Virus record (IMG/VR): IMGVR_UViG_3300037483_001823
Span: 1 to 39,985 of that record
Strand: one strand, 5' to 3'
DNA from: a virus
Lineage: Duplodnaviria; Caudoviricetes
Length of the DNA stretch: 39,985 nt
A program made the translations under genes and the position numbers. The notes beneath the pieces were generated by a model, which worked only from the letters and a program-made list of their open reading frames with translations, ran no database searches and was not told where the DNA came from. Below, in pieces: positions 17,490 through 25,683 of the stretch. Position 1 is the first letter of the stretch. Each line of letters opens with the position of its first letter.

Positions 17490-17915
17490 TTATGCCTGAA
17501 GAGCAGCTTTACAGAGAGCCGCATCAAACTCCACGATTGCGTAGCCGGTTGAAAGCCATTGAGCTACATAGCCAATGAGAGTATTACTTGTGGCCGTAAG
17601 AGTGAAAGTGTTGTCGTCACTTGCGTAAACTGCAGGTCGGTCGTTGCTGGTTATGGCGATAGAGGCAATGGGTAATTTCACATAACCTTTGCTTTTTACT
17701 CTGACGTTGATCGCCCCTGCAGCTCCGGCTGAGTTGTCCGCTTTCTCTTCGGCAAAACCGAGAAACGGGTCAGTTGCAACGAGAGGACGGGCATAACCCG
17801 AACCGTTTTCACCAACAGCCGCGCCCTGAAAAATAATATCTGATGCAATAACCGGATATCCGAGCATGTCGCCTACGCCGAAATCACGAACAACGTTTTT
17901 ATCTAAAGTTGCCAT
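17490..17915 (-). CDS. Head decoration / capsid cement protein
   Basis: IFQGAAV...FLGFAEE..DNS.GAAG...VYASDDNT pattern; directly upstream of the capsid gene. Confidence 0.7.
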   Translation of the reverse strand: MATLDKNVVRDFGVGDMLGYPVIASDIIFQGAAVGENGSGYARPLVATDPFLGFAEEKADNSAGAAGAINVRVKSKGYVKLPIASIAITSNDRPAVYASDDNTFTLTATSNTLIGYVAQWLSTGYAIVEFDAALCKAALQA

Positions 17916-19066
17916 TACTTAACACCTCCACTCACCCGCACATTGAAGCGGTTGTCTTTTTTGGAAAATGCGTAATAATCTTCAAAGCTCATAAAATCCT
18001 GTTGAAGATTTGCGCTCTTATCCCACAATGCCCTTGCTTCAGCTTCAGTACTTGGCTGTTTGGTAGGATTTTTCATAATTTCGCCATTATTTAAAGGCTC
18101 ATCTACAGGCGACGGCGCATCTGTAGACATATCTGTCCCGGCTTTTTGGAGTGCTTGGATATTGGCTGTATTTATCGCCATTGCAACATCACCGGCTTGT
18201 GATTTGCCGTCAAACATTGCAGCAAGCACGATGGATTCGTGACCGGGGAAACTTTGTTCCTGGACAGATTTAATTCTGTTCAGTTCTTGCTGTGCGCCTT
18301 CTGCTTTTGCAGCTTGGAGTTTTGCCTCCGTACCCTGGGTGGCCTCTTTTACAATCTCGGCCACCAGCTCAGGGAATTTTGCTTTTAATTCCGCTAAAGT
18401 CATAATGTTTTTCTCCGTTTTATTGGTGGCCTCATTCGGCCTGTTTATATCTCCGAGCGCCAAAGCTGACGCACGGTTTAAATCTTTCTTTAATGCCTGT
18501 TGATCGGCTGACATTTTTGAGGTTAACTCTTGAAACGCTAATTTTGCCTTTGCCAGTCCAGCTGTTGAATCTTGGTCTTGGTCTGTTTGGATAAGCTCAT
18601 GAGCAAAACCGGCATCAACGATTTGTTGACCGTAAAAAAACGTTGTCGAGTCCATCATTGCGGATATGTCAGCGACTTTTTTATTGGTGAATTTTGCATA
18701 AGCTGACGCAAACATTCCGGAAAGTCCTTTACACATGGCCCCATAATCAAGGATGTCGTTATGGTCTCCCCATACCCCGCCATGCACGTTGTGAATCATA
18801 TAAACCGCATTGTCTTCCGCCTGAACTCTATCGAAAGCCAAAGGGATATACGACATACACGACATTGCGAAACCTGAAAGGACTATGGTCTTTTTGCCTT
18901 CATAGTTTCTAAACAGGTTGAAAATTTCTAGCGCATCACTGACAAGGCCACCTGGCGAATTGGCAAAGACAGTAACGTCTTCCCCCTTTGCCTCTTCCAA
19001 TTGCCTTCTAACCTCTCGCGGGGTTATTTCCCAACCAACCTCGCCGGACAAGTATATTTTTTTCAC
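17915..19066 (-). CDS. ClpP-type prohead protease fused to scaffold
   Basis: NSPGG, GFAMSCMS and YMIHN ClpP-like motifs; C-terminal MTLAELKAKFPELV coiled scaffold. Confidence 0.85.
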   Translation of the reverse strand: MKKIYLSGEVGWEITPREVRRQLEEAKGEDVTVFANSPGGLVSDALEIFNLFRNYEGKKTIVLSGFAMSCMSYIPLAFDRVQAEDNAVYMIHNVHGGVWGDHNDILDYGAMCKGLSGMFASAYAKFTNKKVADISAMMDSTTFFYGQQIVDAGFAHELIQTDQDQDSTAGLAKAKLAFQELTSKMSADQQALKKDLNRASALALGDINRPNEATNKTEKNIMTLAELKAKFPELVAEIVKEATQGTEAKLQAAKAEGAQQELNRIKSVQEQSFPGHESIVLAAMFDGKSQAGDVAMAINTANIQALQKAGTDMSTDAPSPVDEPLNNGEIMKNPTKQPSTEAEARALWDKSANLQQDFMSFEDYYAFSKKDNRFNVRVSGGVK

Positions 19067-20637
19067 TCTGTTACCTCTGTTTTTTCTTCAAACCCAGCTT
19101 CAGTGCTGGACTGAACACCGTCTTTTTTCCTGGCAGCTACTTCTTTTTTGCGCTGTCTGTGATTGCGCTCAAAGGTGCCGCCGCGCTCCTGACAATTATG
19201 CGCATTTGTTTTCCACCCTCTATCCTCTGCGTAACCATCTGCTTTGTTTTGCACGTCATCTCGGATATGTCCGCGCGGAGGCCCTACCCAATCGGCGGCA
19301 GAGTATGCTGCTCTAATAATCGGATCGGTAAAAAATCCAGGGGCAGAAAGACGACCGGAAAAAATAGCTTCGGCAAGCCACAACTCATAAACTGGCTGAC
19401 AAAGGTTGTCTATCAACCACGATCTGCGAGCAGAGAAGAAACGCCATGCTTCCAACAATGCAGCTTGAGCCGCAGAATATGATGCTTGAAAATGTTTTAT
19501 TAAAAGCTCATGGGGGATACCGAGAGCGGCACCTATCTGCGTGTAAAACTCTTTAGAGAACCCGCCATAATTGCTATTGGGGTGAGTAGGGTTAAGCATG
19601 TGTGGAACTTCGCCGGGAGCAAGATCGATAACCGCAGCAGACTCAAGCTTTAAGGCTGGCGAGGCGCTTGTTGATGATCCTGCAACTGGCAGATCCAAAC
19701 CTTCGCCGTCCGGTGTTTCAATAAACACCGAAAGAAACGTCTGTATTACTGCAGCGTCTACTGTTGCCTGGGTTAGTGTGCCAAACTGTTTTAACCCTTC
19801 GATGACCGGGGCAAGATCTGGAACACCGCGCGATTGATCGCCCCTTATCGTATGGTAAAGGTGCAATACGTTCTTTCGCCCTGTTTTTGCTCCGAAAAAT
19901 GGAACAATATCCCACTCGGAACCAATGGCGTATCGAGCTCCTGGGTGTGTTTGTAAAATATGCACGTCCTTGAGTGCGCCATTTTCATCTGTAGCTATCC
20001 CGCCGGACAATGTGGGCGAATCGGGCGCATTGTCTTTATTGCAAACCCTGTCGGCCTCTACAAGTTGCACTCGTAATTTATAAGGAAAGCCCCATTTGAT
20101 CGGCAACTCAGGTGTAAGGGTGAACGAATCGCCACGAACCAAAGTTGAAAGCAGAGCTAACGACTGATATTCACGGAAATTGTGTTTCCGATTAACAGAG
20201 CAAAATTTTGATTCAGAAAAAAGAAGCCATTCTCTTGATGCTTTTGCTTCCCATTCGTCGGCTTGATCTTCGGTTATACCTAAAGCTGCAGCATCGATTC
20301 TGGGGTTAGCCGTAAGACCACGCCCGACTATCGCTGTATTTTTGGTGTTGATTGCACCAGCTGCCAGCATGTTGTTTCGGTAAAGGTCCTCTGAGTTTTC
20401 ACGGAGTTGTTGCAGTTCGGGTAATACATCGGTGTTAAAATCACCAGAAGGAGTATTCCAGCCTGACATCGTGCGCCTTTTCTTATCTGCACCGGTGTAG
20501 GCAGACATCATCTCCATGGCACATCGGTGTTTGTAGTTCTTCGTTCCCAGACCAAGCCCAGGAATTGCAGCGTTTAAGAACCTGTCAAAGCTGGTAGGTT
20601 TAGGAATGTTTGAAGATCCCTTACGTTTCTCGCGCAT
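19063..20637 (-). CDS. Portal protein, lambda family
   Basis: LYRNN, VEADRV, QSRGVP, LGIPHELL, SYSA and W.GPP motifs; ATG 20637 overlaps the upstream TGA. Confidence 0.92.
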   Translation of the reverse strand: MREKRKGSSNIPKPTSFDRFLNAAIPGLGLGTKNYKHRCAMEMMSAYTGADKKRRTMSGWNTPSGDFNTDVLPELQQLRENSEDLYRNNMLAAGAINTKNTAIVGRGLTANPRIDAAALGITEDQADEWEAKASREWLLFSESKFCSVNRKHNFREYQSLALLSTLVRGDSFTLTPELPIKWGFPYKLRVQLVEADRVCNKDNAPDSPTLSGGIATDENGALKDVHILQTHPGARYAIGSEWDIVPFFGAKTGRKNVLHLYHTIRGDQSRGVPDLAPVIEGLKQFGTLTQATVDAAVIQTFLSVFIETPDGEGLDLPVAGSSTSASPALKLESAAVIDLAPGEVPHMLNPTHPNSNYGGFSKEFYTQIGAALGIPHELLIKHFQASYSAAQAALLEAWRFFSARRSWLIDNLCQPVYELWLAEAIFSGRLSAPGFFTDPIIRAAYSAADWVGPPRGHIRDDVQNKADGYAEDRGWKTNAHNCQERGGTFERNHRQRKKEVAARKKDGVQSSTEAGFEEKTEVTE

Positions 20638-20852
20638 CAGCCGACCTCTACATATCGAACTCTGCAACCTTTGCGGCCAGACGATTCACGCCGCGCAAGG
20701 GGCAAGAGCCTTTCCTCTCGCTCATACAAAACGCTGAGGTCAGCCCGGGTCATAGTTCGGCCAGAAATTGAGTAAGACTGTACACCGCTCTCTATTGCCT
20801 GGATTGCGGCTTGTACGCTTTCGAGTTGTTCTGTGTAAGTGAGTATTGCCAT
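20637..20852 (-). CDS. gpW-like head-tail adaptor
   Basis: QSYSISGRTMTRADL motif; directly upstream of a lambda-type portal; ATG 20852 preferred because the longer ORF crosses a terminator. Confidence 0.75.
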   Translation of the reverse strand: MAILTYTEQLESVQAAIQAIESGVQSYSISGRTMTRADLSVLYEREERLLPLARRESSGRKGCRVRYVEVG

Positions 20853-20866
20853 TATGCCCTGAAACG

Positions 20867-20908
20867 AAAAAAGCCCCTGGAATAGCATTTCTGCTTTTCC
20901 AGGGGCTT
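20867..20908 (-). terminator. Strong intrinsic terminator upstream of the head genes
   Basis: Minus strand GCCCCTGGAAAAGCA-GAAA-TGCTATTCCAGGGGC-TTTTTT. Confidence 0.75.
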
Positions 20909-20963
20909 GTATTTTCTCCACGGGGATGGTCACGTGGTGATTACTGCCGACCTTGATTTTTCA

Positions 20964-20991
20964 ATTTTACATAACAATGCTCCTTTTGCAA
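20964..20991 (-). promoter_or_regulatory. Candidate sigma70-type promoter
   Basis: TTGCAA-16 nt-TAAAAT with AT-rich upstream sequence in the 20853-21030 gap. Confidence 0.4.
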
Positions 20992-21030
20992 TGTATTTTT
21001 GTTTATCGTTTCAAATTATGCAATAATAAA

Positions 21031-21258
21031 CTACAACCGACTTCTTATCCTTCTTTTTTTTGCAATGGCGACAGTTTCCCCTCTGTTGACTTTTAGATCC
21101 CCGGAAATTCCACCCTGATTGGTGGTAAGTTCAAAAGTAATTTTCCCGGTCCATCTCTCGGAAGAGACAGAAGCAAGCCGAACAGCAACACCGGCTATCA
21201 CCTCAAGCTGCGGCGTGTCAAGGTTTCGAAGAAGGTTTTCAAGCTCTCGGTAATCCAC
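21031..21258 (-). CDS. Small basic hypothetical protein (possible late regulator)
   Basis: WTGKITFELTTNQGGI core and KKRRIRSR tail; overlaps the terL end. Confidence 0.6.
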   Translation of the reverse strand: MDYRELENLLRNLDTPQLEVIAGVAVRLASVSSERWTGKITFELTTNQGGISGDLKVNRGETVAIAKKRRIRSRL

Positions 21259-23149
21259 TGCTTCTCACCCTCCTTCCTGTCGGCTTAACATCCTGGACAC
21301 CAGCCCTCATTCTTTCGACTTGCTTGTCTTGCTGGAATTTCAATTGCTGAAGGAAGGTTTTGTTTTTGTCGATGTATCGCTGTAAGGCTGCGAGATTATA
21401 AACCCTTACATCTAGCGCCTCGTTCGGCATATGCTCCTTTTTCTTTGACCACGTATAGCCGATGATCCGGCCAGCGTGTTTTTTTTCTTTTTTTTCTTCG
21501 TTGGTGAGTGAGTCGAAATACTGCTGGGTATAATGCGCTGGAAAGTGGCAATATCCTGGCTGTCCTTTCTCTTTTTTCAGTCGAGTGAACACCGTGTCTT
21601 TTGCGTCATCGACATTGACAGTCATTAACGCGACTTTCTTTGTGAATTTTTTAAAAGCTGAGGTTGACGCTTTGCACAATTCACCAGTATTGACACCCTT
21701 GCAGGCGAATATTCCCCTGCGGTTTCTCACTGAGGTGTAATTATAAACTTCACTGGTCTGAAATCCTGAATCCATCAAGCCCCCTGTAATCATCATTTCA
21801 AGTCCATCCTCACGAATAAACTTTCTATTGAGTTGTGCGTCGTGGTCTTCTAAAACTTTTTTATCTCGGATATCGCCGGGAAGAACCACATAATCTATCG
21901 ACCACGTTTCACCTTCGAAGCCGTGGCCAAGTATTTCCATTTCAATTCTTGGGTTTGTGCCTCCCTGGACGTCTGAGCCGCAAGTTATGCAGATTATCCC
22001 TGCAGGGAGGTTTTCGTCTGTGTAGTCTTCAAGCAACTCCATGAAGCCAGTTGCCTCAACTGTCTTGCCTTTTTCCTCCCATGTTTCTCCGAGAACGGTG
22101 TTGATAAAAGATTTCAACAGCGTCTTGTCGCCGGTCTTTGCTCTTTCGTTTGCTTCGCGCCATTCTTCGGCTATCTCTCTCCATGTCAAATAATAGGAAT
22201 ATGCGGCCCATATTTTCGTTGATACCTTTCGTGGCCGGTCGGCAAGTTGCCCTTTCGGATCATAAAACATATCGGTTTTATCGTCGTAGTAATGACCGTC
22301 AAGGGTTTGCCATTGCCCTTTTTCGTCCATTGACGGGTAGTCTGCATAATCAATTACGCAGCCATTTTGATTACAAATATACAGGCCAGCCTCTTCGGGT
22401 TTTGTTTTCAGGTTGGAAAATTCAAGGCGCTGCATGACACCGCAATGAGGACAAGGTAGAAAGCGATAGAAAACCATTTTGCAACTATCAACAGCGGCTT
22501 CGATCAAAGAAACCCCTTTCGTTTTTGGAGTGCTGCCCCTTATGGATTTCTTAAAGGGTGATGTCTGGATACGGATATCACCGAGTTTTAAAGCTGAACC
22601 CTCGTTGTCTATGTCCAGGTCGAAGCCATCAAGCTCATCATATATTGCAATGTCCTTAGTCATTCTTCGATAGTTCCTGGCTGACTTGCCACCTTTGATG
22701 TCGAAGGTTGAGCCGACGAAGGATTTTTTTTCGTTCGTGTTGAATTTGCTTTTACTGCCAACCGGACATTTTAGGATCCTCCCGACTTCTGGAACATCTC
22801 TGAGCATGGGGTCAACTTCATCTGATACAAAGTCTTGCGCGTCTCCGTCTGTTGGTTGCCACGCAACAATGTTCCTGTGCTTCTCCGAGGTCCCGTAGCC
22901 TGCCGCTATGATAACGCACTTGGTATAGCCGACCCGCGCGCACTTCTGGTTATTGATTTCCCTTATATCGTCGTCTGTCATCCAGTTGATCCAGGCGACT
23001 TGATAAGGGTATGTTTTCCACTTCCCTTCGATAGCTGATGATTCAGGAGAAAGATAAAAACATCTGTCCGCCCACTCTGCGCCGATTAGTGGCTCTCTTA
23101 CTCGGCATAATTTCATGCCAATTGAAACGGCAGCGGCAATTTTTTTCAT
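21239..23149 (-). CDS. Terminase large subunit, lambda GpA family
   Basis: KCARVGYTK Walker A, IYDELDGF Walker B, GSTPK, LPCPHCG, FINTVLGETW and NEALD. Confidence 0.95.
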   Translation of the reverse strand: MKKIAAAVSIGMKLCRVREPLIGAEWADRCFYLSPESSAIEGKWKTYPYQVAWINWMTDDDIREINNQKCARVGYTKCVIIAAGYGTSEKHRNIVAWQPTDGDAQDFVSDEVDPMLRDVPEVGRILKCPVGSKSKFNTNEKKSFVGSTFDIKGGKSARNYRRMTKDIAIYDELDGFDLDIDNEGSALKLGDIRIQTSPFKKSIRGSTPKTKGVSLIEAAVDSCKMVFYRFLPCPHCGVMQRLEFSNLKTKPEEAGLYICNQNGCVIDYADYPSMDEKGQWQTLDGHYYDDKTDMFYDPKGQLADRPRKVSTKIWAAYSYYLTWREIAEEWREANERAKTGDKTLLKSFINTVLGETWEEKGKTVEATGFMELLEDYTDENLPAGIICITCGSDVQGGTNPRIEMEILGHGFEGETWSIDYVVLPGDIRDKKVLEDHDAQLNRKFIREDGLEMMITGGLMDSGFQTSEVYNYTSVRNRRGIFACKGVNTGELCKASTSAFKKFTKKVALMTVNVDDAKDTVFTRLKKEKGQPGYCHFPAHYTQQYFDSLTNEEKKEKKHAGRIIGYTWSKKKEHMPNEALDVRVYNLAALQRYIDKNKTFLQQLKFQQDKQVERMRAGVQDVKPTGRRVRSSGLPRA

Positions 23150-23601
23150 GCAATTTCTTCTTCGTCAAATTCTATTTGTGCATCTGCCATGGCGTTCCGG
23201 CATGTTGCTATTGCTTTCTTCGCCGCCTGGATGTCGTGACCTGTCAGCTTTGGGTTTAGTCGCTTCATCTCCATGGGGAGAGCTTCAAGGATCGGCACAA
23301 CTTGTGCCATTGTTTTTTCAAGAGCTTCGGTGAGTTTGGAAAGTGGCGCAACAAGATCGTCAGCAAGATCGTTTTCCCTTTTCAACTTCCGGTACCGTTC
23401 TTCCTCAAGTAGCTTTGTCCAATCCTCGTTGCCCTTCTCCGGTTCGGTGTTCTTCAACTCCAACACGTCCACCGATTCAAAAAACACCTTGTTGCCGGTT
23501 CGTTCTATCGGCTGGACGTTGATCGTGTCGAGGTGCTTTTTGATCGTCCGGTACGGTTTTCCGGTCAGTGTCTCAATTTGGTTGTAGGTGATCTTGCTCA
23601 T
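23146..23601 (-). CDS. Terminase small subunit (Nu1-like)
   Basis: N-terminal HTH-like segment, coiled middle; 4-nt overlap with terL; downstream of the cos-like site. Confidence 0.75.
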   Translation of the reverse strand: MSKITYNQIETLTGKPYRTIKKHLDTINVQPIERTGNKVFFESVDVLELKNTEPEKGNEDWTKLLEEERYRKLKRENDLADDLVAPLSKLTEALEKTMAQVVPILEALPMEMKRLNPKLTGHDIQAAKKAIATCRNAMADAQIEFDEEEIA

Positions 23602-23628
23602 ATGCTCAATGATGATGTTCAGCTTATT

Positions 23629-23693
23629 TTTTCGTAAATAGCGAAATGTCGAGGCGCGAATCTACCCTCGATACATACCCTCCAGAAGGACCC
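23629..23693 (-). other. Lambda-like cos site (cosQ, cosN-like dyad, I2-like sequence)
   Basis: Minus strand GGGTCCT (lambda cosQ), TCGAGG-N11-CCTCGA dyad, then TTTCGCTATTTACGAAAA (lambda TTTCGCTATTTATGAAAA), just upstream of terS. Confidence 0.8.
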
Positions 23694-23730
23694 ATTGAAA
23701 AACAGAGTGCACATCTGGCACGGTTATTGT

Positions 23731-24336
23731 TCACCGCGACGTTGCCAGCGCCCGGGCAAGCTGCTTGTTAAACTCAGGCGCGAACAACTTACCGACTGCA
23801 ACCTCCGCAACATTGGCGAAGGGAAGGATCTTGCGATAGCTGGCCTCGCCTGTGTATCGAACCAATAATTTTAAACCTGGATTACTTTTGCCACCTGTTC
23901 GCCGCCATATACCACCAACACCATTGACCTTGCCACTGAACACAGTCTTTTGGTTCATGAGAGATTTAACCCTCCCTCTTGGCATGTTCCCAAACTTATT
24001 CAGACCGGTTGCCCTTGGCAGAACTATTGCAGTTTTCTTTGGAGTTCTTGAACCGCCACCAACTTGAAATTTCAAATACTCTGCTTGAGCCTGCCTCGCT
24101 CTTACACTTGCAACCAGCCTATTGCGATTAGCCTTGACTACCTCATACCCTCGCTTGGTGAATGGCGTAGGCCGGTCAAGATAAGTATCAAGCGCCTTGA
24201 CCTCTTCGTCTTTCACACCGAATGCCACGTTGTTAAGGGTATTGGCCGCGGCAAATGGTATTTGTTTTGTTGCCACGTTGTTTAACCAGTTCGATGTATT
24301 TTTTACTGAAAGCTTTATGTCGATCATATCAGTCAT
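23731..24336 (-). CDS. Basic phage morphogenesis-type protein (gpZ/neck-like)
   Basis: KQIPFAAANTLN...DRPTPFT...QV.GG.R pattern of genes often found upstream of cos/terS; start uncertain (24327-24381). Confidence 0.55.
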   Translation of the reverse strand: MTDMIDIKLSVKNTSNWLNNVATKQIPFAAANTLNNVAFGVKDEEVKALDTYLDRPTPFTKRGYEVVKANRNRLVASVRARQAQAEYLKFQVGGGSRTPKKTAIVLPRATGLNKFGNMPRGRVKSLMNQKTVFSGKVNGVGGIWRRTGGKSNPGLKLLVRYTGEASYRKILPFANVAEVAVGKLFAPEFNKQLARALATSR

Positions 24337-24751
24337 TCCCGTTGTAATATTGCAAACGCTTTTGAGTATCCACGGCTTCACCTATGCTCATCTTTCCGCA
24401 AAGCATATCCCTGATAACTCTCAAGCGTTTTTCATTCTGCTTAATGATCTCAGGGGATAATTCACCCGCATCGCTTGCAATGGCCTTGCGGGAATAATCA
24501 GGCCTGCTTTCTAACCTTTGGTTAACCGACTCCCTGCAGTCCATGATATCTTTGATCGTGGGGAAAAATCTTGTCTCTTTCTCAACCATGGCCGCTGCGA
24601 GCATAAAAGCCTCGTTGCTGAAAACATCTTTAAGCGCCTGATAGAATTTGGTACAGATAATCGCCTTTTCAGCATCGGATCTGTTTCCACCAAAGAGGAT
24701 GTTCCAAGAATTAATCATGCTTTTTAAAGTCTTTGGCTGTAGCGCTGTCAT
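24329..24751 (-). CDS. Putative helicase loader/inhibitor-like replication protein
   Basis: Follows the initiator; RFFPTIKDI motif. Confidence 0.45.
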   Translation of the reverse strand: MTALQPKTLKSMINSWNILFGGNRSDAEKAIICTKFYQALKDVFSNEAFMLAAAMVEKETRFFPTIKDIMDCRESVNQRLESRPDYSRKAIASDAGELSPEIIKQNEKRLRVIRDMLCGKMSIGEAVDTQKRLQYYNGND

Positions 24752-25512
24752 TACATCTCACCCAATAGTTCCAAGGCATCTCTCTCTTTCGTTGTCATCC
24801 TACCATTACCTCTGCTTTGCTGGTTTTTATCATTCTCCATCCACGCTGCTTCAAATCCTGTCCAGTTACGGTTACACATCTTGTTGATACAATCATCTGC
24901 TGTGAATCCTGCTTCAACAGCTTTTAAGATCTCATCGATGATGGCTTGATATGCTCTTTCTGTTTGAGCCGCTTTTTTTGCCTTGCGAAGAGCTATAAGG
25001 TCAGTCCATGATTTCTCAGAGATAAACGCAGGCCGAAAAGATGATGGATCAAATTTTTTAGATTTTGATTTCGTTTTTTCCTTAATATCAGGAATCAGTG
25101 AATCAGGAATCAGGAATAAGGAATCAGCCGGGCGACTTCCGTTATTTAACGTATCTTTAACGGTTATTTTACATCCATCTGATTTTAAAGGCATTTTCGG
25201 AAGCTCGGAAGCCTTCTCGGTCTTGTGTGGGTTTTGGTGTTTTTTGAAGTTTATCACCTGTATTACACTGATATTTTCCACAGTGTAACGGCATATAAAC
25301 TCTAACCGTTCTAGTTCCGTTAAATACACGTTAAAGTCTATATTTTCACGGTACGGCAATATTTCAGCTTTTAGCCGAAGGGGTCTGTCTTCAATTCTTC
25401 CTTCTCTGTCGGCTGCACACCAGAGTCCGGCAAAGACTACTGTGAGGATGGGATCTGCAACGCCAAGCATCTCATTTTTAAAAAGGCTCGGCTTGATATT
25501 TCTTGATCTCAT
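24751..25512 (-). CDS. Phage replication initiator protein
   Basis: RSRNIKP..FKNE...GLWCAADREGR.EDRP N-terminus, repetitive linker, NWTGFEAAW C-terminus. Confidence 0.75.
   Translation of the reverse strand: MRSRNIKPSLFKNEMLGVADPILTVVFAGLWCAADREGRIEDRPLRLKAEILPYRENIDFNVYLTELERLEFICRYTVENISVIQVINFKKHQNPHKTEKASELPKMPLKSDGCKITVKDTLNNGSRPADSLFLIPDSLIPDIKEKTKSKSKKFDPSSFRPAFISEKSWTDLIALRKAKKAAQTERAYQAIIDEILKAVEAGFTADDCINKMCNRNWTGFEAAWMENDKNQQSRGNGRMTTKERDALELLGEM
25087..25127. repeat. Tandem ~7-bp GAATCAG repeats inside the initiator gene
   Basis: atcaggaatcagtgaatcaggaatcaggaataaggaatcag. Confidence 0.7.
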
Positions 25513-25682
25513 TTGCTCGATACTCCTTTACTTTTTTTCTGCTGATAATCAGAAACAACCCGACCATCTTTATTCCAACCGCAATTGCCGCAAAAAGATT
25601 GATGTCTGGATAGCTCGCACCATTGATATGACACGACCTCTTTCTTCATGCTCGGGCATTTCCTGTCGTTCTGGTTTTCCAT
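25509..25682 (-). CDS. 57-aa Cys-rich protein (not in ORF track)
   Basis: MENQNDRKCPSMKKEVVSYQWCELSRHQSFCGNCGWNKDGRVVSDYQQKKSKGVSSK*; fills the gap exactly; ATGA overlap with the initiator start. Confidence 0.55.
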   Translation of the reverse strand: MENQNDRKCPSMKKEVVSYQWCELSRHQSFCGNCGWNKDGRVVSDYQQKKSKGVSSK

Positions 25683-25683
25683 A

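Noticed and set aside
20853-20933. N-terminal extension of the 98-aa gpW-like ORF
   Set aside because: It runs through the terminator hairpin; ATG 20852 gives a typical gpW size.
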